In this document: piece after piece, positions 1 through 11,716 of the stretch | Layout: each line of letters starts with the position of its first letter | Numbering within the stretch: the stretch's first letter is position 1 | Assembly: GCF_000315625.1 (NCBI RefSeq) | Contig: NW_005434636.1 | Span: forward strand, 124,001-188,000 | DNA from: Guillardia theta CCMP2712 | Lineage: Eukaryota; Protista; Cryptophyta | Direction of reading: 5' to 3' | DNA: 64,000 nt | The notes under the pieces: model-generated | The model's input: only the letters and a program-made list of their open reading frames with translations | What the model was told of the DNA's origin: nothing | Databases searched by the model: none | Position numbers and translations under genes: made by a program

Positions 1-78
1 CAGAGGGAAGGAAACAATCCATGGAAGGTGCAAAGACCTTCAAGACTTCGGGATCGGGTTGACCTTAACATTAGGAGC

Positions 79-1881
79 TCAAGAGAATCGCACCGTTGCT
101 GCTGTCACTCCCGGGGGGCACAGGAGGAGGACGGGGATCTCGGGCACTCCGGTATGTTGCCAGCTGGTTGGGAGACGGGGGCTGACAGCAGCGTTGAAGA
201 TGAGGCTCTCCCACCTCGTCCAGGACACGATCTCGAGCTCTTGCAAGAAGAAGCGGGCGAGACAGAGCCAAGACGTCGCACACTCCTCTGATCTCAACAC
301 GGAGACATCTGGCTCCATCATCGAGCGGGTCTGGCGCTGACCCTCCTCTTCTTGCCCTCCCTCATCCTCACCTTAGGCGAAAGTCCGTGCAACGGCAGCG
401 CAAAAGGAAGAGCTGGGAACAGACTATGTCTTGACTCCCGTCCGAAGGTGCCTGCTACCCGATGCTCTCACGGCGACTCGGCTGAGCAACTTGTAGATCT
501 GGGAGGAAGAAGAGCGGATGGAGCATCGAGGATGCCACTTGCATCCGTGAAGAGCTCATGACAACCGGGTGACTGTCTCCTCGCCTCTTCTTGTTCGACC
601 TCGTGATGAGAATGATCAGGTATGCCTATCAGCCCAACAAAGCGCTTTCGATGCTGGACGCTTTTGACAACGCTAAGGTCCTGCTTCTTTCCTCCTACTC
701 TCCCTCCAAACCCTCCCTCGCCATTCCCATTCCTCAACAACCTCTTCCTTGGCCTCCTTTCGGAATTTCCTACCACCGTTCCTCCTCTTGTCCTCGTCTT
801 CTCTTCACCTCTTCTCCAATAATCTCCCTCTACTTGCTCGTGCTCGGTTAAACGCCTGACAGGATTCTCCCACCGCTGAGCCACAAGAGGCAGTAGCCAG
901 CCCCCTGCCCGAGCAGACGCCAAAGAGATCGGCGAGGAAGAAGAAGGAAGAGGCCCCGCTATCCAGCCCCAGCGACCCCCCGAGGTCCACTCGACGAACT
1001 TCGAGGGCGTCAACGACCCCCGGGAAAGAGGTGGGGGATCCTTCGTCCATCGCGAAGAAGCGACAGCAGCTCAAGGCAAAGCTCGCAGCAGGTTTGACTC
1101 CTGCTTCTCTCTCGTTGAAGACTGATGCTGGGTTGCAGCATCTCCCCTTCACAGTCCGAGAAAGTGATGAGACAGCAACGACAAGTCTCGGCAAGTGTTA
1201 CTAACCATAAACAATATAACGCGGGATTGAAAGTGAACAAGGAAGAGAGAAGGCAAAGTGGCAGATGGAGCTGAGAAGGCTCAGACGGGGATGGGGATGT
1301 TGTTTGCAAACTCTTGGAAATGAATCTCAACAAAGATCGACTTGTCATCTTCCTGAAAGAGATCATTGAAGTCAGTGAGGCGAAAGGATATGCATGATAA
1401 CACGGAGTGCCACCTCCTCCGTCCTGTTGCTCAGCATGTCCATGATGTCGCCTGCATCGAGGTCAGGAGCCAGCAGCCACCGCTCTGCCTCGACTTCGCG
1501 TGCAGATGGCGAGAGGATCAAGCTCTTCGATGTGCGAGCATCTCCAGACGACCCATGCGGAGCTGCCGATGCCACGTCAGCTCAGCAGGAGGAAGGGAAG
1601 AGTACGTGGTGAATGTGTAGGGAGAGCTCTGCGAGATGTTGAGATTCATTTGAGTCCTGCCAAAGTCTTAGAGGAAGGCGAGCAGAGGAGAGAAGGAACA
1701 CGATGAGAGCAAGGGGGCGGAATGAGGGACAATGAGGGAGGGTGAGATAGATGGAGCAGACCCGAGGTCCCAGAAGGTCTCGTTGAGCGAGTTAAATCGA
1801 CGGCTAAGGCCAGTCGAGCACTGGGTGAGAGTCCAGTTGGTGTCCTGGTCAAGGACAGTTGAGCTACAGGAGGGATTTGGG

Positions 1882-1923
<42 letters not shown>

Positions 1924-2420
1924 CTGACTGAGACGGCGAATATTGACAGCCCACTCGTTATGTGCAAGGGTGGAACCTGTGCAGGACGCTCTCAGCGCAA
2001 GGAGGAGAGGAGGACAGAACATGGAGGAAAGAGAGGAGGTGGGGGAGCAAAGATGATAGATGCCTGTTCCAGACTCGCCGATGCCTCGAGTCAGGGCCCT
2101 CCCTAAGCCCATGCCGTGCCCTAGCAGTCTTCCTGTCAGAGGTCTTCTTCCCTCCCTCTTCCCCAACCCTCTCCCCCCTCCTCTCCTCTCTCCCTGTTCC
2201 CCTCCGTTCCTCTGACCTCTGATCTCTCGCTCGTCTGTTCCCGGGGGAAAGACAGTGACCCCCCATAAGTCTCCTCCGCACGTTCGGATCTCCGGGCCCT
2301 GAAGAGGAGGAGGGTCAAGAGATGCGGAGCAAGGAAGCATATCACCTTGTAGCAGATCCTCTCCGTATTGAACCCCATCCCGTTGTCTGAAGGAGAGCAG
2401 GCGATAACCCACCTAGCACG
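79..2420 (-). CDS. Multi-exon hypothetical protein, possibly the 3' continuation of the BTB-BACK gene; may run off the window
   Basis: Several protein-like minus-strand segments (79-321, 805-1194, 1372-1575, ~2250-2420) separated by GT-AG-bounded purine-rich spacers; no recognisable domain. Confidence 0.35.
1882..1923. repeat. (GACGAG)n hexamer microsatellite
   Basis: About 7 tandem units read directly. Confidence 0.9.
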
Positions 2421-2689
2421 CACTGTTGAATCCTCTCCTTGGTAGTCCCTCTCCTCTCTCTCTTACTCATCCTCTTCTTCCTCTCCCCTCTCCTTCCTCC
2501 CCTCTCTCTCCTCTCTGCGTTCTCTTCTACATGCCACCTTTCGGTTCCTCTTACCGTTCGCAACTGGCAGGATGAGATGGGTCATTGCAAGCGTAGCAAC
2601 CTTTTCCCAGCCACATGGGCAGCCGATTGTGCAACCTTACATTCTCCTGACATTCAGATCATCATGAGAAACAAAAAGCAAGGAGGAAT

Positions 2690-4486
2690 GACCTTGCAAT
2701 ACGTCAAACTGCCGTGATGATATTGATATCTTTCGAGGAGCAGGCGAGACGGAATGACTCCGCTCTTCTCTACAACCTTGACCACAAGTAAATCTCATCA
2801 CAGACAGACAGGCAAGGAACGAGTAAGACCATTCAAGATTACAATACCTGATGGAAGAAATTCAAAGACATGGTCGGAAACCTTATCAGCTCAATTATCC
2901 CGGTGTCTTTCAGTAACTTCTTGACTCGTTTTTCATGTTCTCCGTCTTCTTCCTCCCCGAACGAAGTTTGCCAGGTTGCCCACCTCAACACAGCACGGAA
3001 TATATCATCTTCATGCGCGAAAATCCGATCCTGATTTCAACTGAAGTGTTACAAAACATTGCACCTCCAAGACAGATGAAGAGAGTGTTTCAGGAGGTTC
3101 TTGTCACCTCCTTTGCAAGGGTCCGAACAATGTCAGCTTCCAACGATACGATTCCCTCGTTCTCCAGCACCTGTTGAGGTGACATGATGCGTCAGAGCTG
3201 CAGTTTGAATCGTTGTGATGCGAAGAGGAGAGGGAAGTAGGAAGAACCTCCTTCGCGTTCAAACGAACGTATTCCATGCAGACGAGCTCATGCCAGTCAA
3301 AGCGTGTGTTGAGTTCCTTTGTCACGTCGCAATTCTTGAAGCTGCCAATTTCAAGATCTTATTCCCGCAAATGGTAGTACTAATCAACCAGGACATGATT
3401 ATTAGAATTACCATCACCATCACCATCACCATCACTATCACCATCACCATCACCACCAACAACATATCACGATAATTCAGTCAATATCGCTATCATGATG
3501 GTTTCCCCATTGCTAACCTGAAACTGGCAGAAACAAATGCAAAAGCATTGAAAGGAGAAATGTTGTCTGCGAGGTACTCCTGCAGCTTGTGATCAGGGAC
3601 CAAAGAACATCATCGTCGTCTTCACCTCCATGTACTTCTTGGCATCATCATATCCGATATGCTTGGCAAGAGTTGCAAACGAATCAAACGAAAAGATGGC
3701 ATCCCTCAAAATTCCAGAAAGGACTTTGTCGTTGTTTGTCAAAGATGATTTCGACAAAGAATGCCGCAAGAAATCAGAAACTGCCTGTTGCTTTTGCAAC
3801 CATCGGATAACAAACGAAACGGGAGAGACGAAGATAGGAGGGTCTCTCACAGAGACTAGGAACATGACTGTGTCAAGGTCAAGGTCAAGGAAGGTATCTG
3901 TTTCAGCAATCTCATCTTCGTGCCCTGAAATGAAGGCAGAGCAGATTGGAATCCAAGACGAGTGCATGGAGGGGCAGCCTTCAGCGATCCCCGATGCGAG
4001 TTTGAGTGCATTGTTTGCATTCAGCAGCTTCTTCAGGCGTTCACTCGTCTCTTCTACCAACTCACAGATCTGAAGTCTGTCCAGGGTCGTTAACAACTTC
4101 AGCAGGTGGTCCTCTGTTATCTCGAAGTCTAGCCCGTAGAAGAAGCCAGTGATTGCCATGCCGACTTGAGGAGGAACATCTCTGATGACCAAGTGATTGT
4201 TCTCTGCTTCGCACATGCCAATGTTCATCGCCCTCTCGAAGAAAGGGGACTGGCTCAGAACAAGCTTGTGTGAGGGAATCTGGACTGAACCATCCTCGCA
4301 GGTGAATTCCAGGACGATGTCTGAATATTGCTTGTTGTTGAAGAATCTCTTCACGTCGAACCGAGAATTCCACGAGCTCCCACTTCTGTCTGATGAGTTC
4401 ATTCCAGACAGAACGAACGAGTTGTCAGGCGTTTCTACAACTCCATTGGCGCTTGCGCTGCTACTTTCGTTGAAGGTTTCATCCAT
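2690..4486 (-). CDS. BTB/POZ-BACK domain protein (Cullin3 adaptor-like), multi-exon; 3' end uncertain
   Basis: YSDIVLEF...IPSHKLVLSQSPFFERAMNIGMCEA is a BTB signature. Downstream exons give BACK-type HEDDIFRAVLRW...IELIRFPTMS. Start taken at MDETF. Confidence 0.85.
3409..3457. repeat. (CACCAT)n microsatellite in a BTB gene intron
   Basis: Tandem hexamers read directly. Confidence 0.85.
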
Positions 4487-5461
4487 GGTTCCACAAGGGC
4501 TTCTGACCCTACATCCAAAGATTTCCCAGAACCTGAAGTTTTTGTCACCATGACCATAAACAATCAAAGGCAAGGTAGATGGTTGCAACAAACAGCGATC
4601 AGACGCATTACATATTCGAAGCGCTTCTCGTGAGATCAATCATATGATGTCAGTTCACCCTAATCTTCATATGATCCGATGTCAAACTTGCTACGTCATA
4701 ACAGCACTCCGAATGCTTGCCCCTTCCCGTCCTCGTTCTCTATCGATCTTCTCACATCATCTAAACTCTTTCCCTCTCCCTCCTTTCCTTCTTCTCTAGA
4801 TCTTCCCTACTCCCTGATCTCTTCCTCTATCCCCCCTCTTACTCTTCTCCCTCTTCACTTACTCTCTCTCTCTCTCCTCTCTTCATTTGCTCTCTCAGCA
4901 TCCTGTTGCTTGGGTTTGTCGCCTGAACAAGCCCTGTATCTTCATGGCCTTCTTTGGGCGACTTTGTTGAACTTTTACTCACTGACAGCCCGGCGAGTGC
5001 CGCCGCGCCCGGCCCGGCGCCCGGCCGCCAGTCACCGGGCCGGGCCCGGGCAGCAGCCGTGCGGGCGGCAACTCTGAGTGCAGCCACGATTTTCCTGCGA
5101 GCTAGCCCAGGCTCCCATCACTGAATCCTGATTCTGCTCCAGCCTCCGCCCGGCGCATGTGCCACGGTGACGCTGCTCCGTCAAGTGGCACGGCTCGTCA
5201 GCGTGGGGTCTTGTCTTCCTCTCCCTCTCTCTTTCCCTCTCTTCTCCCTCTTTCTTTTCTCCTCATTCTCTCTCTCTTCTCTCTTCCTTTCTCACTATCT
5301 CTTAATCTTTTTCTTTCTCCTATCCTTTCAGTCTCTGTTATCTTCCTATCCTTGCTCTGCTTATAAATACTCCGGGCTTATCTCTGAAGTCAATTACCTA
5401 TCTGCTCTAACTTCGCTACTGCATACAATCCATCACGTCGTGCGGGACCGTACGGGCCGGA

Positions 5462-5522
5462 GCCGCTCAGCGGCGGCCGGGCTCCGAGCCCGGGCCGCTC
5501 AGCGGCGGCCGGGCTCCGAGCC
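5462..5522. repeat. GC-rich 29-bp direct repeat x2 (period 32)
   Basis: gccgctcagcggcggccgggctccgagcc at 5462-5490 and 5494-5522. Confidence 0.85.
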
Positions 5523-5651
5523 GCCGGCGAGTCCGAGCCGCCCGCCCCCGGCCGGGCTGCCACTTAACTTAGTAACTTTGAGTAAACGTAATTGGGGTAA
5601 GTAGGGGATGAGGGCTAAGAGATTTCTCCGAAAGGCCAGTGACCTTTCAAT

Positions 5652-5705
5652 GAGGACCCCTACCCCATACCTATCATATCCATTATTGATGGGGTAGGGG
5701 TCCTC
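5652..5705. repeat. Perfect 17-bp inverted repeat with 20-nt loop
   Basis: gaggacccctaccccat (5652-5668) and its reverse complement atggggtaggggtcctc (5689-5705). Confidence 0.9.
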
Positions 5706-6499
5706 TATTCCAGCGACAGCGCCAACAGCCATGGCGTCGCAGGTGCGAACTGAGGAGGAGGATGTGAAGGGAGACAGAGAGAGGAAGGAGAGAAGATGAA
5801 AATTGTGATGATTTGAAGTGAACAAGAGGACCTTCAGTATGGGTGTGTGTAATGAAAGAAGGACAAACCGAGACGAGCGTGTGAGTGGGTTATCATTGAG
5901 GTTTATGGTTTAGTGCGCGGTGGAATGGAAGGTTGCACACAGGATGGAACACAGGAAAGAAATAGTCGGATGTTTGTGTTCAAACATGGAAAAAGGGATG
6001 TGAGGACAGGAGGACGGGTACAAAAACAGCAAGCTAAGACAAAGGAGAGGCGTGCTGAATTTCGATGTCGGCTATACTCTATGATAGATGTTTGCGAATT
6101 TTTGGAATCTGTCATGTTGTTTTGGTTTTTTTGGGCTGCTGTGTATCATTCAAATGCAGAATTTTGCATATTCTACAAATTTGGATGTCGAATCATTCCT
6201 TCAACTAGTGGAGGGCATGGTGTTCATGGAATTTGTGTTGGAACAAGCGTGTGCGGTGTGATGGTGTTTTGTAAACTGAACAGACGCCTCTTACAAGTGT
6301 TGGGAGGCTTTGAAAGATTGATGTGAGAGCATTTTCATTTTGTGTTATGCTTTCTGCGGGATGGGACTGATTCGCAAAATGAACATGTGAGATGACGAGC
6401 AAAGCCTAGGAAATAGATAGATCATGAGAATTTCAAGGTTATGAATGATAATTTCCTCATCCGTGACGATATTTCTGTTTGCAACATCAGATCACAACG

Positions 6500-7374
6500 A
6501 TGCTCGTTGGGGAGGGCGCAAAGCTCGATGTGCACGGATGCAAGACTGTGGACATGGCTTCCTCCTTCGGAAAGGTGCGTGCGAGTGAGGTTGGGGTAGG
6601 GCATCCGAGTTACTCTGCGGCAGGCATTGCTTGAGTTCGTCTTCATCGTGTTTGCTTGCATCACCTTGCTTCTCGGCATCAACGCGGCCAAGAGCAAGGC
6701 AGCCAGCCGCGTTCTCTTCCCTGCCACCTTTGTCACTGGAATCGCCTCCATTGCCTATTTCTCCATGGCATCTGGCGGAGGATGGGTGATCGCCCCAGAC
6801 TGCAGGCAGCTCTTCGTGGCCCGCTACCTTGACTGGCTCATCACAACTCCCCTCCTCCTCATCGACCTCGGCCTCGTCGCTGGCGTCAGCCGCTGGGACA
6901 TCATGGCTCTCTGCCTCTCTGATGGTACTTGAGACTCTCAAGGTTAAGTGTTGCTGACGTGATCGTGACAGTCTTGATGATTGCTACTGGGGCATTCGGA
7001 TCTTTGACTGTTGGCAACGTTAAGTGGGTTTGGTGGTTCTTTGGTATGTGCTGGTTCTTGCACATCATCTTTGCCCTCGGCAAGTCCTGGGCTGAGGCCG
7101 CGAAAGCCAAGGGAGGAGACTCTGCGTCCGTTTACAGCAAGATTGCTGGCATCACTGTGATCACTTGGTTCTGCTACCCTGTTGTCTGGGTGTTCGCTGA
7201 GGGCTTCGGAAACTTCTCTGTCACCTTTGAGGTGTGTTGATCTCACTCATGAGTTGTTGTGCTCATGTCGTGAACTTGCAGGTTCTCATCTATGGCGTTC
7301 TTGACGTCATCTCCAAGGCTGTGTTCGGCTTGATCCTCATGTCGGGTGCTGCTACTGGCTACGAATCCATCTAA
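6500..7374 (+). CDS. GtR3: Type-1 microbial rhodopsin, light-driven proton pump (G. theta rhodopsin 3); exons 6500-6574, 6624-6924, 6972-7231, 7282-7374
   Basis: Spliced product MLVGEGAKLDVHG...ARYLDWLITTPLLLID (DTD motif, equivalent to BR D85/T89/D96)...LDVISKAVF (retinal Lys)...GYESI*. Three 47-50 nt GT-AG introns. E194/E204 equivalents present. Confidence 0.96.
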
Positions 7375-7425
7375 GGATGTGTTGATAATCGATCTTCTCC
7401 TGTGGAATGCAAAAAATAATCTCCT

Positions 7426-10267
7426 TCAGCTCCAAATGTCCTGCTGGTATCTTCCTGTTGCTTGCAGATTCCGCAATCTCTCCCTCGCGGCTTCCTCGCT
7501 GCCCTCCTGCTTGTTCGTCAGGAGTTTGCTCAATATGTCACTGTTCACCATGGAAATAAGCACATCGACAAACGCTCTGCGCACTTCCGATGCCATTGAT
7601 ATACTGTTTGAGCGTGAGCGAACGTACCATATAAGGAGACGATTACCTTCCACACACGTAGATGCATCCTTGTTTCTTGGAAATGACATTAGGTCCATTG
7701 ACCGACGTTGGGATAGATCTACCTGCATTATTTGAGCGACTTCTGTTCTTTGCTGGCGGATTCTGTCTTGGACGTAAATCTTCTTGGAGGTCTCACGGCT
7801 GAATGCAAAGTGCAATGAACTGAGACAACGTGAGAGGTAAGAGCAGACAAAGAGCCTGCGTACTTGATCACTCCAGCGTCCATCATCGATTCCATCTCTT
7901 CCCGATAGAGACAATCTTCATCTGAACAAGAATTAAGAACTAAGTCAACCATGCCGGTCAGAATCAACGCACCTTCTTTTCGACAACCGTAGAAGAAAGC
8001 AATGTCAACATTCACTCCCGAGATCTTCATGGCATGATGCGCTTCTAGGTACATTGCCCGCAAGGGAGCGATTCCTGTCCCCGCTCCAACCTGGGTCCAG
8101 TTACGATCCAACAAAACACTAACATCTCTCCCGCCATCACCACCTCCACCACCTCTTCTGCCTCCTCCTCGCCCTCCTCCTTCTACTCTTCTAGCTTCTC
8201 CAGCTCTACCTCCATCTCTAACTTCAAACTCGACAACTTCACTCACAAGAATGATCGGCGTGCTCAAATCCTTGGGCAGCTTGAAGGGGCTCCTTCTCAA
8301 CTGAGCCTGCACCGAACATCCAACATGTACGCAAGAGAGGAACGAGGAGCATGTTCCTTCGAATCTCCGCTCCGCTCTGCTCTCCATGCTCTGACCAGGT
8401 CGGTCGATCTCCTCCTCCAACACCTTGAGCGTCAGGTGAACTTGCTTTGGAGAGGACGAGCTGCTGGAGGATATGGAGTAGTAGCGAGGTTGAACCCTCG
8501 GGAGGATCTGAAGTATCTGCAATGCGGGGGTGAAACAGCGTTAAAAAGGTAGCGAGAAGGCTGACATTTTCAAGAGTGAGATGAACGCTTTTGTGATCGG
8601 CCAGGACATCAACAATGTTCTTGTAACCCTGCAAACTTCTGAGTGAAGAAAGATCGGAAGAAGGGAAGACCTTGACGATGTGTTTCTGATAGGAGAAACT
8701 GTCCTCACTCAGCCAGTTTAGATTTCTTCTGTCATCATCGGACAGTGCAAGTTCCGCAAGGAAGGCAAGCCAATCTTGCTTCACGCAACAGTTCAAGTCC
8801 AGATAACTAGCAGATCATTTAGATAGACTGCACCCGAGTGGTCGTTTCGCCATTTCGACCAACCTTGTGAAAATCTTCCTGAGTGTGCACGGAACAGGAA
8901 AAGGAGATGCGGCAACATCATCTCTTACTATCACCCACTTGTCCAAATCTGTTCAACTGTGATCACATTCCATCGTACCACATCATTATCTCACCGATCG
9001 AAGTTCGCACAGCAAACCTCTCGACCAAACTCGACTTGTTCTCTGGATAGATCGCAAGGTGATCGCCAGTCTCATACGCATCTTCTTTATCTTTCATCAA
9101 AGATCACCATCTCTCCCATCATCACAAAGCAACCCACCCTCAAGATCCAATTCCACGTGAAGGAACCTGCGGTCACCAGACTTCTGCAGCTGATCATGCA
9201 CTCAACGGAAAGTCGGAAGAGATCAAGGGTGAAGCAACAACACCTCTCGTTTCTCTCGAACTTTCATCAGCTTCTTCGTCACATGGTCGAGTTTCGCAGA
9301 CGATGCCGGGAGCTTCTTGTTTGAACGCGTGGCTGCTTCCTCCGATTCAAACATCTGGATGTAGAAATTCTTTCTCGTTGCCATGGGCTGATCATCGTAT
9401 CCCTTGCGATCTTTCACATGAAATAATGTGTCGAGAGCTCTTGACACTTCTTTCGCCCACCTGCCAGCCGATATCATCAGTCTGAAAAGAAACGTCATGT
9501 CAACCAACTTTGCGAAATCCTCGTCCCCCCCTCCTCCTGCCGCGTCGCAAAGGAGGAGCTGGGACAGCCTCTCAGCTCCTCTTGCCTATATCTTCTGTCA
9601 GCCACCACGAGCAAGCTCTGCTCTACAACCTCCATCAGCCTGTCAACATCCTTTGCGACTGTGTTGTAATGTTCATACTGAGAATTCCCCAGTCCCAGGA
9701 CTGTCTCTCAATCAGAAAATGACCATCAAACATGAAGCAGAGGCTCGCACCTGAGTATCTCACACCGGGAAATCTTGCTTCCTCACTCTTGACCCACTCG
9801 TAAAACGTCTTTGCGTTGTCCGTCGGCTCACCTTCTCCATACGTCGCCAGCAAAAACAAGGCGATCTGGGGGCTGGCGCTCGTGCCTTCAGCGAAAGATG
9901 CCTTTGAAAAAAATTCCAAATCCACAACATCCACCAAGAAACCCCTCTTGCGCAGAAAGTTTGCTATCTCATGGGCATAGTTCTCAGCGGTTCCCGTCTG
10001 AGATCCAAAGCAGATTGAAATGACATTCGTGGAAATATCCAATCCATTTCTTGAGCTCTCTGTGCAAACCGTTGAGCATCACCAAGGAGAACTAGCCGAC
10101 ATATATCAACCTGTCTTTTGTGTTGATTCGGTTTCGCCTCCGTCATCGACAAGTTCGAGGGTAGTTTTCAGCAAGTACCTAAGGGGGAAGGTATCACGGC
10201 AACCCAATGTTACATTTTCATACCCCAGAGCGATGATAACAACTATGATCGCGAGCAAGTAAAACAT
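7426..10267 (-). CDS. CPR: NADPH-cytochrome P450 reductase (diflavin reductase), multi-exon
   Basis: N-terminal anchor MFYLLAIIVVIIALG; FMN motifs FGSQTGTAE and ATYGEGEPTDNA; FAD motif PRYYSISSS; VGAGTGIAP, FFYGCR, IYVCG; C-terminus GRYQQDIWS. Confidence 0.93.
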
Positions 10268-11716
10268 CTTCACCAGGCGTCTTGCTTATATCCTCATTGT
10301 TGAGACAACTGAGCATTTCGTGTCATAACCTTTACAACCAGAAGGAGCAAACAACAAAGAATTTTTGTTGCACAAGTTTGCCTTGTCCGTAAAGAAAGCA
10401 TGCTCTCTCTACATACTCCACATTCCTGATCTACTGCCTACACTAAATCTGTTCTTTCTTACATCACATGTTGCTCTCATCCTCTCCCTCCATCCCTCCC
10501 TCCTCCTCCTCCTCTCCCTCCGCCCTCAGCTTCCACTCCCTCGCCATGTCGCCCTGAGAGCTTCATCGAGTTCGAGCTATTTCATTTAATCGTTTACCTT
10601 CTTAGCTATTTAAATTAGACTGAATGCTCCGGCCCGGCCCTGGCTAGCACCGGCCCGACAGACTCGCCTCCGGCTGGTCACCTGAAGGCGGGGACAGTGG
10701 ATGTTTCACTTAGACATAAATGTGCTGTCCTTTAAATTTATCTATATCATCTCTGAGGCGCTGCTGGGGACTTTTAGCTTCAACCCATACTTCATGAAAA
10801 AAAAATCAATAGAATGTAAATGACTTATTAGGCCATTTTATCAAATAGCAATAACCGGAACCTTCCTATGAAATAATAATTATATGGGTTATTAGACTTC
10901 ACAAGCTATTTGTCCCTCTACGTCGCCTTCCGCGCTGCCTCTGGGGGGGGCTGGGGATCTTTTTGCAGTGAGGGTCCTGTGAGTCTTTTCAAGGTTTATA
11001 GTTCAAAATTACAATTGAGATATTTCAAAAATAGGCGAAGTTTTTGATTTTGTTTAAAAGAATCAGTTGGGCACTCGAAATTGACACGACCCAGTGTGAA
11101 AACGGGATACTTGCAATGGGCGATGGAGGAGTAGAGAAATCAGGCAGGGAAAACAGGATGACTAGCAGGAGAAGGAGGAGGAGGAAGCAAATAGTTTGCA
11201 GGGCTTACCGTCACCCCCTGTCTCGTATATTCCCCCCCTTTCTGCTCTCTCCTCCTCTATTCCCTTCTCATCTCCCGTGATTCCATAACCCTCGTTGCTC
11301 CCTCCTCGGGCCTTGCTTTCTTGTTCTTCATATGCAAATGCTTGCAGAATTTGTCGCTATCCTAGCTCCAGCCTAGCGTGTCTTTAAAGCACTTTTCTGG
11401 ATTGCTGCCTGGTGCGTCCAAGAGCAGCTGGTAGAGATCAGGCCCCGGTGTAATGTGTACAGGATCGACGACACGTCACAAACAGACTAAATAGCATAGA
11501 TGTCCAAACCACTAGAAGGAGACGATGACGACCTACATACATTGCTGTTGACCATTGAAAGGGATCACGCGCCGCTGATGGTCTCTCATGCACCCTGCTC
11601 GTGGTGTTGGTGGATTGCAAGAGTAGTCGATGTTTTCAGGCCCTGCCACGTTTCCAAGATGTTGCTCTCATCATAGCTCTCCTGCCATCGTCAAGCTGAC
11701 AGAATTCTCGCAGGAA

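Noticed and set aside
6500-7374. Rhodopsin as a new channelrhodopsin or enzyme rhodopsin
   Set aside because: It has canonical pump residues and no C-terminal extension, and matches the already characterised GtR3.
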